Source: an uncultured Nitrososphaerota archaeon (lineage in GTDB: Archaea > Korarchaeota > Korarchaeia > Korarchaeales > Korarchaeaceae). From it: a stretch of DNA of 64,000 nt. A model generated the notes under the pieces. It ran no database searches. It was not told the DNA's origin and was given only the letters and a program-made list of their open reading frames with translations. The translations under genes and the position numbers were made by a program. Position 1 is the stretch's first letter, and every line of letters begins with the position of its first letter. This document shows positions 29,885 to 39,437 of the stretch, piece after piece. The stretch is taken from contig CAZUBM010000001.1 in NCBI GenBank assembly GCA_964618805.1, forward strand, positions 96,001 to 160,000. The letters run 5' to 3'.

Positions 29885-30096
29885 AGGATCATTGCTTCAT
29901 CCTCTGGGATGTAGGCAAGTGCTGGATCCGATTTAGGCTCCTTCTTCTTTGCCATGTCGTAGGCTTCCTTAGCTGTCTTTCCATAGCCTATCACTCGTTT
30001 GTTCCAAATGGCTACATGCATCCCTCGATACCTCTTAAGTTCCTTTGGACTGCTAGCGAACCATAAGAAGTCCTCATTAACCTTCATAAGCATCAC
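29881..30096 (-). CDS. DUF5678-like small protein
   Basis: YRGMHVAIWNKRVIGYGKTAKEAY; 4-bp overlap with the protease gene. Confidence 0.8.
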   Translation of the reverse strand: MMLMKVNEDFLWFASSPKELKRYRGMHVAIWNKRVIGYGKTAKEAYDMAKKKEPKSDPALAYIPEDEAMIL

Positions 30097-30346
30097 AGCA
30101 AGAATAACAAACTCTAATGATATTTAAATCCATAAGCACGATTTTAACAATTCTTTAAAACAGGCCTTTCACCTTGCCTTGTGAAAAATTAGACCAGCTT
30201 TAATGCGATCTTTTTGATCGAAACAGCCAAAAGATGTGGGGACTATCTAGCTCTAGCTCCGAGTTTATTCTTCAATATCCTTTCGTTTGCTGAAGATAAT
30301 GGAAAATTAACAGAACTATTATAAGCTGCCTTTTCAAACAAGGTAC

Positions 30347-31260
30347 ATGGAAGCGCATAAGACAGCACTATTGGGCTTTTTATGTATTGCAATTGTCTTT
30401 GCCAACTTCCAGGTAGCGCAGCAGGTTTTTTCCGACGGTGATCCACCTTATGATTCAGCGGTCGAAGTAAGGCAGATAATACAGATAACTTTCAACAAAA
30501 TAAATGAGCGCCCTCATTGCAATCACACCAAACCAGAACTAATTCGCCTCCGTGCACCCACGCATCTCGGAAAAGGAAGTTCTAGGAGCAAAATGAGATA
30601 TATGATTGTTTTCGACTCCCAAAAGTCTGGAAATCCTGACTTTATGTAACCTTTTCAAAGGACGGCATATCTTGGACTGAGCCCGTACAAATAACAACGG
30701 ATCCTGCTGCAGACATGTGGCCCTCCCTCATTCAAACGAAGCACGGAGACTTCATGCTAGCTTTCATATCGGACAGGTCTGGGGAGATGAAGATGTACAC
30801 AATGAGAAGCAAGGATGGATTGCATTGGAGTGAGCCCTCTTTGGTGGATCTTCCCTATGATACGGAGCATTACATGGAGCCCAGCCTAATCCAAACGTTT
30901 GATGGAAGGTTTATACTAGCATATACTGACTACGGATGGGATCCAGAGCTTGGATGGAATCGAGACGTCTACGTTACCTTCTCTAAGGATGGAGAGACCT
31001 GGTCAGACCCTATACGCGTTACCACTAGGCCTTATAACGAGTATTCACCCTGTCTCATGAAAACGCATTTCGGCTACAAGATCATGTTCAGCGGAGACCC
31101 GTCTCCTTCCCAACTCTACGTTGTCTCCTCAAGGGATGGGATAACCTGGGGAGAGCCTTATGAAAGGAAAGGAGGTCTTCATCCTAGCTGCTGCAGATTC
31201 CTTACCATCCTTCTTTTACTACTTCCATCTGGGGCCAAACGGGGAGAAAGGCTACAATGA
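30347..31260 (+). pseudogene. Secreted BNR/Asp-box (sialidase-like) repeat protein, frameshifted near 30640
   Basis: Signal peptide; repeats SKDGISW, SKDGLHW, SKDGETW, SRDGITW. Confidence 0.75.
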
Positions 31261-33229
31261 GTACGTTCCTCAGGACTTAGAGTTCATAAAAGGTCTCGGA
31301 TCGAATAACAAGTTCGATGAGAGGAATTGGACAGTTCTTCACATTGTGAACATCTTATCGGACATGGAGAAAGGAATGTACATCAACCCCTCGGTCTGGA
31401 GTAAAAACGAGACTGAACAGTTTCAGATAGCGAGGATTCTAATTGCTAACGGGTATCTCCTCTCATTTAGATGTGAGAATGGTGTGCTGACATCGGAAGA
31501 TCTACCTCAGACTTGGCTTTGGAATTATACAACGGAACACATCCTGCTATTGAAGGAAAATTGGGAGTTGCAGGATTATTGGAGGAAAAACCTCCTTAAA
31601 GACCTTCCAAATGAAGACCGCTGGAGAGATGAGATATATAGGAGGAATACGAAGAGAAGCGACCTTCTTCCTTGGATCCCAGAGGTATTGATGAACCTCC
31701 ACAGGAAGCTTGTGAAAGTCTTGTGGGATAAAGGAAGTCATGTAGATAGAGCCTACTTCTACGCAGCGGCCATCTTTCAAGATAAGCTGCTTCCGAACCT
31801 ATCTCTATGTAGGGCATCTGAGGACTTCACCTATTACCGTGATCTTGACCTAGGAAGCCTAGAGTCTGCATTCATGCAGAGCGTAGGACTGCCTGCGTTC
31901 AAGTGCGTGGGTCCTCTCTCTGGAGAATTTTCTCACGGAATTGCCCTTCGATTCACTTCTACGGCAAAAAATGCAATAGTTGAGGAGTTAAGGGCGGATA
32001 ACATAACTAACATCTTGATCTTTGAAGATCGTTACTTCCCCTATCCCTGGCTTTTTGGAGAAGTTGCCTTATCAATGGGAGACGAATACGTCGAGATAGA
32101 ATTCCCTATCTACGGCTATTTTGTTGCTGCATACCTTTTGTTTGACCCAAGAGGGGTTTACCTGAGCGATGCCCACATATTAGGCGATGTCAACGGGGAT
32201 CAGATCCCAGAATTGATTCTGGAAAGAGGCGAAAAGGAAGTCCTCGTTAAGAAAGAGGGAGGAGAGGTAGTCTGGGAGACGAATGGGTCCGCCTTTCTTG
32301 TCGTTGGAGACGTGGATCGGGACTCAATAAACGATGTTATCGTTTTTACCACATATCGTGAAGGGGCTTATCTCCTAAGCGGCAAAAACGGTCGGATTAT
32401 GAGGAAGATCGACCTATCACGACGTGCCAGCGGAGAGTACTCTCCTCTTTGTTCGAAAAGGGTTGAGGACATAGATGGAGACGGAATTGCCGAAATTTCG
32501 CTTACAGTCAAAGGACAAAGCGTTCTTCTAAGCGGAAGTGAAGTGATGCCCCTAGAAAAGGCGAGAATATGGGTAAACCTAAGTAAGGACCTCAAGCCAA
32601 CGTTCTATTTGTCTTTCCAATGGAACGGCGGAGAGTGGGAGGTAACCATACCCGAATTCCCTGAGTACCCTAAGCTCGTTGACCTAGTTGGAGATCTTAA
32701 TGAGGATGGGGTTGGAGATGTCCTATTGGCGAACTTCTCCCCGAAAGATCATGCCCTCTACCTAACGTGTTTTAGCGGGAAGAACGGAATAGAGCTTTGG
32801 AATACTTCCCTAACATTACCTAAAGAAGCTCTGGATGTGGAGACGGCCATACTCTCGGTAATTGACTTGGACAAAGATGGACATGAGGACATACTCTTAG
32901 CATACAAGCTAACTCTGTGGGACGTAAAAAGGCCTGAAGACTGTCTTTATGCGATAAGTGCTAATGGAAGCCAGATGTGGACACTTTCCCTTCCTGAAAT
33001 AACCTCCCTCATTTACGTTAAGGATTTGGGCCTTCTGATTGGAGAAGTTGGATCCATTGAGCTTGTATCCTTTGAAGGAGAGGTTTTGTGGGAGACGAAT
33101 GTAGGACTTCAGAGAATTGTCTCATTAGATTACATTGAAGGGCTTGTCCTTGCATTCAGTTCGTCTGGAAGAATAATTACCCTAGATCCTCAAAACGGGG
33201 CCATCTTAGGAGAAAGAGGAGGTGTTTAA
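31160..33229 (+). CDS. FG-GAP/PQQ-like beta-propeller protein (possibly the continuation of the upstream secreted gene)
   Basis: GDVNGDQIPEL, GDVDRDSIND, DIDGDGIAEI, GDLNEDGVGD, DLDKDGHEDI; LDPQNG. Confidence 0.8.
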   Translation: MKGKEVFILAAADSLPSFFYYFHLGPNGEKGYNEYVPQDLEFIKGLGSNNKFDERNWTVLHIVNILSDMEKGMYINPSVWSKNETEQFQIARILIANGYLLSFRCENGVLTSEDLPQTWLWNYTTEHILLLKENWELQDYWRKNLLKDLPNEDRWRDEIYRRNTKRSDLLPWIPEVLMNLHRKLVKVLWDKGSHVDRAYFYAAAIFQDKLLPNLSLCRASEDFTYYRDLDLGSLESAFMQSVGLPAFKCVGPLSGEFSHGIALRFTSTAKNAIVEELRADNITNILIFEDRYFPYPWLFGEVALSMGDEYVEIEFPIYGYFVAAYLLFDPRGVYLSDAHILGDVNGDQIPELILERGEKEVLVKKEGGEVVWETNGSAFLVVGDVDRDSINDVIVFTTYREGAYLLSGKNGRIMRKIDLSRRASGEYSPLCSKRVEDIDGDGIAEISLTVKGQSVLLSGSEVMPLEKARIWVNLSKDLKPTFYLSFQWNGGEWEVTIPEFPEYPKLVDLVGDLNEDGVGDVLLANFSPKDHALYLTCFSGKNGIELWNTSLTLPKEALDVETAILSVIDLDKDGHEDILLAYKLTLWDVKRPEDCLYAISANGSQMWTLSLPEITSLIYVKDLGLLIGEVGSIELVSFEGEVLWETNVGLQRIVSLDYIEGLVLAFSSSGRIITLDPQNGAILGERGGV

Positions 33230-33268
33230 GATCAGAAAAAGATACGAAGACCTCTATCTTTCATATCT

Positions 33269-33496
33269 TTGGTGATGCTTGCAATTGCATTGTTCTTACC
33301 CTCGCACTTTTACAGAGGACAAGGAGATAACTACCGCTGGATAGCTATCCTTGAATCCAAAACATGTAGCATTGAGACAATTACTTTAACTCCTTCAGCG
33401 CAGTTTATAGATAAATACCATTCTCTACTCTTGATTACATTGCTAATTTTGCTCTTTCTTTTCCTATTTTTACTCAAAATTAGAGGAATCAAGTAA
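33269..33496 (+). CDS. Small membrane protein or internally deleted remnant
   Basis: N-terminal and C-terminal hydrophobic segments. Confidence 0.4.
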   Translation: MVMLAIALFLPSHFYRGQGDNYRWIAILESKTCSIETITLTPSAQFIDKYHSLLLITLLILLFLFLFLLKIRGIK

Positions 33497-33524
33497 ACGA
33501 AGCTAGATCTTCTTAAATACAAGA

Positions 33525-33890
33525 TTAGGGGGAAATGTACATTAACTTGTCCTCAGAAATGTCGTACTCGTACTTAAGGCGGGCCCTATTTACTGTCTCG
33601 GCAAAGCTTCCAGAGAAAGAGACCCTTACCCCTATCAACTCACAAAGCCGGTTTATTATGGAACACACTATTACTCTCGCTCCATCATCTCCAAAAAGGA
33701 GTTTCAAAGAATCAGCTAGTGCCTCGGGAGATCTTAAGAGTTCTTTTGGGAGCATTCCCTTAAGATCACACATCAGGGAGACTATTGCTTCTTGAGCTAC
33801 ATTACCGAATATATTCTTTAGAGTAGACTCTACTGCCTCGACGTATAGCACGTCAAAACCCTTCTTTTTGTCCCTAAGGAGTTCTGGCAC
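33525..33890 (-). CDS. DUF3227/NitrOD5-like small helical protein
   Basis: AVESTLKNIFG...PEALADSLKLLFGDDGARVI...SFAETVNRARLKYE. Confidence 0.7.
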   Translation of the reverse strand: MPELLRDKKKGFDVLYVEAVESTLKNIFGNVAQEAIVSLMCDLKGMLPKELLRSPEALADSLKLLFGDDGARVIVCSIINRLCELIGVRVSFSGSFAETVNRARLKYEYDISEDKLMYISP

Positions 33891-34166
33891 TGCATGTGCT
33901 TAATATATTTGGGAAATAGATGATTAACGTTTCAAAGCGTTTCATTTTCATTCAATTTTGTTTTAAACCTTTTCAAAGATGTGTATTTTAACATAATAAG
34001 CGATGTTTTGTAAAAATAAAACAGGATCTCAGCTTTTTGTTACTTTTTAGCTAAATAGAGTAATAACAATGTAATCGAAAGATTTTCGATTTAAGAGAAG
34101 AGAGTGCCTTCGATCTTAACCTAAAAGATATTAAGATATTATCGCCAAATCTGATGGGTCTCCTGG

Positions 34167-34676
34167 GTGTCTTCGAAGAAACTCTGGCTGGCTGCTCTGT
34201 TAAACCTGGTTCTACCCGGCTTGGGTTTCATATACGTAGGAGGTCTTGGGTGGATCGTTGTAGGAATAGTTCTGATCGTCTTCTTCTGGGGGCTGTCTCC
34301 AATAGCTTGGTTCTTGGTTACTGGCGCAGGCCTGAAAGAAATCTCTGGCTGGACTGTCTTGGCTTTAATAACAGGACCTCTAGGAGTTTATGCAGCCGGT
34401 CGAAAGAATAAGAAGATGCAAGAGCTAATAAGTCCTCAGCTTCCAAGGCCTGAAACTTTACAATCTCTGCCTAGCAAAGGGTTAGAGCAAGACAGGGAGG
34501 AAAAGCTTCGAAAGCTTGAAGAAGCACTCTTAGACGGCAAGATTAGTGAGGAGACTTATTGGGAACTTAGAAGAAAATATGAGCAACCTCAAAAAGAAGT
34601 AGAGGCAGAGAAACTTTCCTTAGATCTTTCTGGTCCTAAAGAACTTAAGAAATGCAGAAAAAGGGCGATGAGGTGA
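34167..34676 (+). CDS. Membrane protein with SHOCT-like domain
   Basis: LNLVLPGLGFIYVG; KLRKLEEALLDGKISEETYWELRRK. Confidence 0.75.
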   Translation: MSSKKLWLAALLNLVLPGLGFIYVGGLGWIVVGIVLIVFFWGLSPIAWFLVTGAGLKEISGWTVLALITGPLGVYAAGRKNKKMQELISPQLPRPETLQSLPSKGLEQDREEKLRKLEEALLDGKISEETYWELRRKYEQPQKEVEAEKLSLDLSGPKELKKCRKRAMR

Positions 34677-35068
34677 GTATAGTCTGTCCATCTTGCCGCA
34701 AGACCACGATTATTAAAACTTCTGCTTTTACAACAGATTTGGAAGAGAGATCAAGGATGAATCTTAAGGAAACTGGAGAAAGCATCACTCTAGGCCGAAA
34801 TCTAGGCTGGCTGCTAGGTTTTATCACGGCGGTCTTTGTTGCAGGAGGAGCATATGTTTTTGTGGGGCTTTTAACCAACAATACTACCATAGCTTACGTT
34901 CTTGCAGTGTTTCTGGTGCTTGCTTTAGCTAGGCCAATTAGTTATTATATTACCTTCCAAATTTTCGGCAGAGAGGTTCCAGTATGGCTTTTCCAATGTA
35001 AGAATTGTGGAAAAAACATGATCTTGGTATCAAATGGGTCTGAAACTTATTTGCTCATGAGAAAGTGA
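34652..35068 (+). CDS. Membrane protein with split zinc ribbon
   Basis: CPSC, 2 TM helices, CKNC. Confidence 0.7.
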   Translation: MQKKGDEVSIVCPSCRKTTIIKTSAFTTDLEERSRMNLKETGESITLGRNLGWLLGFITAVFVAGGAYVFVGLLTNNTTIAYVLAVFLVLALARPISYYITFQIFGREVPVWLFQCKNCGKNMILVSNGSETYLLMRK

Positions 35069-35217
35069 ATTCAATGAGTGACCACTCAAGCTGGGTAGGG
35101 ATACTTAAGACAATATCCTCGAAAAGAGGAGATAAGGGCTCTGAACGCATATATGACATCAATAATCATCTATGACCAAGATCTTTATTTGAAAGTTCTT
35201 TATGATCATCTTATCGA

Positions 35218-36810
35218 TTAATAAGACTTGAATTTCCCAATTACAAGTCTATCCGAAGCTACAGACAGTATTTCAGACCTAAAAACATCACCTACTTTTA
35301 AATCTCTCGGTACACTTCTAACTAGAACGGTAGGGCCTTCTCTGAAAGGATAGGCCACCCTAAGTCTTCTCCTTCGTCCTGGGGCCAAGACAACCTTCAA
35401 ATCCTTGCCAATTAGTTCCTTTTTCCTTTCCAAATTGAATTTCCTAGCAGCCCTTTCAATTATCCTTGAGGCCGCATCCCTTGAAGAAGAAGGCCCTTCA
35501 GGCATGTTTTCAAATGCAGAGCACGGAAGAGGCTTAAATCTGTATACTGTAATTTTCTCTACTCCAATAAAGTACAACTTCTCCATCATGTTTGCTGTTT
35601 TTCTTGCAGTCTCCTTGGTCTGTCCCGGAAGACCGTGAATGAAGTAGACATAAACTCGCAATCCAGCTTTTATCGCAGATCTAATGGCCTCGACATCTTT
35701 AGATGGAGCAGAAGGCCTCCCTAACAGTGTTGCATGCCTATCATCTCCTGTTTCGATCCCCACATGTATTACTGCCCCAGGTAGATAGTTTGAAAGCAGA
35801 GATATTGCTTCTTCGGTCAAAAGGGACGCCTTAGCGTTCTCAACTCCGACGTACACCTCTCCTTTCCTCACCTCTGGTATTGATGTGACAGTAGAGAGAA
35901 GCTCTTCGATGGCTTTTAGGTTCGGCTTAGGTTCTGATGGATGAGTTGGTACATCAACGATGTCCTCTCTCCCATATTCAAGGAAATCTGCTCCGCTAAG
36001 TATTATCCTTTTAGCTCCGTTTTTTATCAAACCCCTTATCTCCTCAATTAGCATTTTCAGATCTCTGGACTTTGGATATCCATAAACAGCAGGGATTGAA
36101 CAATATCCACATCCAGGAGGGATTCCTTGAGGGCAAATGAGTCTTAAAGGAAGGTTAGTACCAAAACAAGCCCTACAAGACTTACATTTTCTCATATCTG
36201 CCATGATTAAAGCTCTGTTGTAGTTAGAGCAGCCTCTTACGACCTCTACGTAAACTCTGGATGCCTTAAAATGGGGTATTGAGGTGTAGTGGCGTATTGC
36301 ACGAAAGGAAGGCCTATACCTATTGAAATCCTCCTTTTTCAGTATTTTGTGGCCAGTTAAGTAGATTTTACCGTCCATAACGAGAATTAGATTAGAAATA
36401 TCCCTCAATTCCTCTAACTTTGCCTCATCCAAGCCAAGGCCTAGCAGAGAATCGACGGCAACCTCTCCTTCCCCAAATATCCCAATATCATACCCTAATT
36501 TGGCTATGACAGATGGATCACACGTGATGGGCCCCCCTAATACCTTGAATGAGGTTTTAAAGGCTCTTGATATCCTTTTAGCGGCCTTAAAGTCCATAGT
36601 CATAGCGCTAACCATCACTACATTGCTTTTCGAGAATTTAGAGGGTTTTCTAAGGACATCCTCTACCCTTACAATTCTATAAGGGAGGCCGTGCTTCTCA
36701 AGTATTCCAGCTATGGTTCTAGGACCCGCTCCTATGACATCAAGTGCAGACCTTCTTGTCCCCTCTCCTGCTGCTAGAGCATCAATTAAAAGGACTTCTG
36801 ACTCAAGCAC
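35218..36810 (-). CDS. B12-binding-like radical SAM protein with split motif and C-terminal TRAM-like domain
   Basis: VLGGP, GEGE, EVVRGC-X39-CGYC, GIETG, IHGLPGQT, TRAM-like tail. Confidence 0.85.
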   Translation of the reverse strand: MLESEVLLIDALAAGEGTRRSALDVIGAGPRTIAGILEKHGLPYRIVRVEDVLRKPSKFSKSNVVMVSAMTMDFKAAKRISRAFKTSFKVLGGPITCDPSVIAKLGYDIGIFGEGEVAVDSLLGLGLDEAKLEELRDISNLILVMDGKIYLTGHKILKKEDFNRYRPSFRAIRHYTSIPHFKASRVYVEVVRGCSNYNRALIMADMRKCKSCRACFGTNLPLRLICPQGIPPGCGYCSIPAVYGYPKSRDLKMLIEEIRGLIKNGAKRIILSGADFLEYGREDIVDVPTHPSEPKPNLKAIEELLSTVTSIPEVRKGEVYVGVENAKASLLTEEAISLLSNYLPGAVIHVGIETGDDRHATLLGRPSAPSKDVEAIRSAIKAGLRVYVYFIHGLPGQTKETARKTANMMEKLYFIGVEKITVYRFKPLPCSAFENMPEGPSSSRDAASRIIERAARKFNLERKKELIGKDLKVVLAPGRRRRLRVAYPFREGPTVLVRSVPRDLKVGDVFRSEILSVASDRLVIGKFKSY

Positions 36811-36829
36811 TCCTTAACCTCCCCCCACC

Positions 36830-37711
36830 CTATCTGATCCTCCACAGAATTCCGGATTCGGTAGCTATCGGTTCGACTTCTCCCTCATCAAACATATAGG
36901 AAAGGAGGGATTTTATCGTGACGCTAGAAATCAACAGAGACCAAACGCTTATGTTAGCACCTCCCTCCACCAAAATGTGAGCCGTTAAGCCCTCGGCTGA
37001 GATCGGGCCCCTTTCAAGGATACTCTCTGCCTTCTTTGGCAGCATTTCTAAAGCAACCAAGTTAGCCCTTAATATGTCTTCTGCCCTCTTACCCTCACAA
37101 ACTGGCCCGTGAGACGGGACTATCTTTCTGTAATCTCTGACATTATCTAACAGATCTCGTATGGTTTCTAAAGAGGCCTCGTAATCGATGAAATAGGGAA
37201 CTACAACTGTTCTAAGCAACTTATCCCCGAAGAAGGCATCTCCGGCATAGAGTAGGCCGTCTTCCGTTAAATAACCGACATGACCAAAGGAATGGCCAGG
37301 AAGAGGTATGGACTCAAAAGGACCAAGCTTACAAGGAGGGTTAAAGCTCTCATCTATCCTTATTGGCAAAGCTGGAGCAATCTTTGTGAGCTTATCACTT
37401 CTTTTAGCTCCAAAATCTAGTGCCTTCCTTATCTCTACGTTCCTAGCTGAACATGACTCGAGATATGGACAGGCTACGACTGCGTTTGTAAGCTCTACTA
37501 GCTTAGGTATTGCAGCCAAGTGATCGGAGTGGCTGTGGGTTATCAATACTATTTTCCTCTTCCCTTTATCTAAGCTTCTTGCCAGTTCTTCTCCTCTCTC
37601 TGGATATGCTCCTGGATCCACTATCCACATCTCTCCATCGAAAGGTATAACAAGCGTGCATGGCGAACCTGGAGCCAAGAACGCGCCTTTCCCTAACTTC
37701 CTAAGTTCCAT
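36830..37711 (-). CDS. MBL-fold metallo-hydrolase
   Basis: THSHSDH, PGHS, GDAF, PSHG. Confidence 0.92.
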   Translation of the reverse strand: MELRKLGKGAFLAPGSPCTLVIPFDGEMWIVDPGAYPERGEELARSLDKGKRKIVLITHSHSDHLAAIPKLVELTNAVVACPYLESCSARNVEIRKALDFGAKRSDKLTKIAPALPIRIDESFNPPCKLGPFESIPLPGHSFGHVGYLTEDGLLYAGDAFFGDKLLRTVVVPYFIDYEASLETIRDLLDNVRDYRKIVPSHGPVCEGKRAEDILRANLVALEMLPKKAESILERGPISAEGLTAHILVEGGANISVWSLLISSVTIKSLLSYMFDEGEVEPIATESGILWRIR

Positions 37712-37751
37712 AGGTTTTTTCTAGAGGTGTTTTTGAATAAAAAGAAGTGAA

Positions 37752-38009
37752 TTAGCCTCCTCCAACTGGAGGGATAAAGGATACAACATCTTTATCCTTA
37801 ATTATCGCAGAGAGACCTCCAAATTCTTCCACAGGCTTGTTATTGATCAGTACTATAATGTTTACCTTTCCCTCTTTACATATCAACCTTCTTGCTTCCT
37901 CAGGAAAGCTTTCGATAAGCCTCTTAAGGGTAATTGAGGTCTCGAACTCTATCTCCCTGCTTAGGATCTCCCTAAGCCTTCCTATGAACTTTGCTCTTGC
38001 CTTTGGCAC
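37752..38009 (-). CDS. MoaD/ThiS-family (SAMP-like) ubiquitin-like sulfur carrier
   Basis: 85 aa ending FIPPVGGG. Confidence 0.9.
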   Translation of the reverse strand: MPKARAKFIGRLREILSREIEFETSITLKRLIESFPEEARRLICKEGKVNIIVLINNKPVEEFGGLSAIIKDKDVVSFIPPVGGG

Positions 38010-38021
38010 CTTAACTCACCC

Positions 38022-39305
38022 CTAAGCCCCTGGCTCCTTAACAAATTTGATGAAAACCAGGAGCGTAATAAGACCTATGACTGCGCTTATGAAAAATGGT
38101 ATTGCCGCCCCAGGAAGGGAGATTTTCCAAAATTTAAGGAATTTCGGTGCATAAAGCTGGTAGAGATGTCCTCCTATAAGGGGACCTATTACGGCCCCTA
38201 TGTTGAAGGCTGCTTGCACCGTACCAAAGATCTTTCCTCTAACCTCCCTTGGGACTATGTCTGCTTGAAGAGCCCTGAAAGATGGCATCGAAAAGTTAAA
38301 TGCAATCGATCTGATGCTAGATAGTGCTCCAAAAAGTTTCAAGCTCTTGGAAAAAGGTATTAACATTGTCGTAAGCCTCGAGAGGAAGGTACCAGATATT
38401 ATGACTGGGCGTCTTCCCATGGAGTCAGAAATTCTGCCTGCAGGATATGTCACCATCAATCCTAGCAATCCCGCTATCGTTGTGACTGTTGCGACTGCTG
38501 CTGGATCCGCTTTTATGAACTCTATTATGAAGATGCTGTAGAGGGGTGCCGTGAGACCCATTCCAACGCCGTTTGCTATTGCCATGGCATATATTGCTTT
38601 TATGCTCCTCTTAGTCTCCTCAGATATCTTAATTTGAATGTTTGGGTTTGATAGAGTCTGAGAACCCACGTTTCTTTGGGGATTTTCCTCAAGTAAAAGG
38701 GTTGCTGGAATGGCTAAGGATGAAAATAGTGCAAGGCCATAAAAGGGGAATTTAAGGGCTGAACCCACATCCTTTATCCCTAACACAATTACTCCAAACT
38801 TGTAGATCGCTGCGCCAATGGCCGGGCCGGAAGTCATAGCAAGGTTGTTTGCTATCATGTAAACCGCCATTGCTCTCCCCCTGTAGCTCGGATCTGTCGT
38901 GTCCATTAGCAATGCTTCAGCAACAGGCCATACCATTGCTGAAGCGATCCCTTGAAAGCCCCTTATCAAGTAAAGATGGATCGTTGAGGAAGACGCTATG
39001 TATGCTAGGGCCATTAGGACGTAGAACAATGTCCCAACAAGTATTATCTTCTTCCTCCCAACTCTATCGCTTAAAGTCCCGAAATATCGGGCCATTATTG
39101 CTCTAGTCAGCATAAATGCCGACATCAGAGCAGTGTACTCTAGAGCATAGCTTGATGCCCCTGAAATCCTCTCAAATGTCTCAGGCAGTCTATCGAGTTT
39201 CCCTGCAAGGTAAAGTATATAGTATGGTAGAACCGCTGATATGGATCCAAAGCCCAAACTGACCATAAAGTCAAGCCAAGAAAGGAGCACTAGGTTCTTC
39301 TTCAA
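38022..39305 (-). CDS. MFS transporter
   Basis: GTLSDRVGRK and GRISDSMGRR motif A copies. Confidence 0.92.
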   Translation of the reverse strand: MKKNLVLLSWLDFMVSLGFGSISAVLPYYILYLAGKLDRLPETFERISGASSYALEYTALMSAFMLTRAIMARYFGTLSDRVGRKKIILVGTLFYVLMALAYIASSSTIHLYLIRGFQGIASAMVWPVAEALLMDTTDPSYRGRAMAVYMIANNLAMTSGPAIGAAIYKFGVIVLGIKDVGSALKFPFYGLALFSSLAIPATLLLEENPQRNVGSQTLSNPNIQIKISEETKRSIKAIYAMAIANGVGMGLTAPLYSIFIIEFIKADPAAVATVTTIAGLLGLMVTYPAGRISDSMGRRPVIISGTFLSRLTTMLIPFSKSLKLFGALSSIRSIAFNFSMPSFRALQADIVPREVRGKIFGTVQAAFNIGAVIGPLIGGHLYQLYAPKFLKFWKISLPGAAIPFFISAVIGLITLLVFIKFVKEPGA

Positions 39306-39437
39306 TCTTTAACCCTTCTTAATCCTCCAAGGATCTATAAAAGAATTAATCGCTGCCAGAACTGACTCATGACAAAATCTCCTCCTCTTGGAGGATTTAT
39401 CAGTGAGAAGTTGGGCTCGACGCTAAAGAAACCTTCT

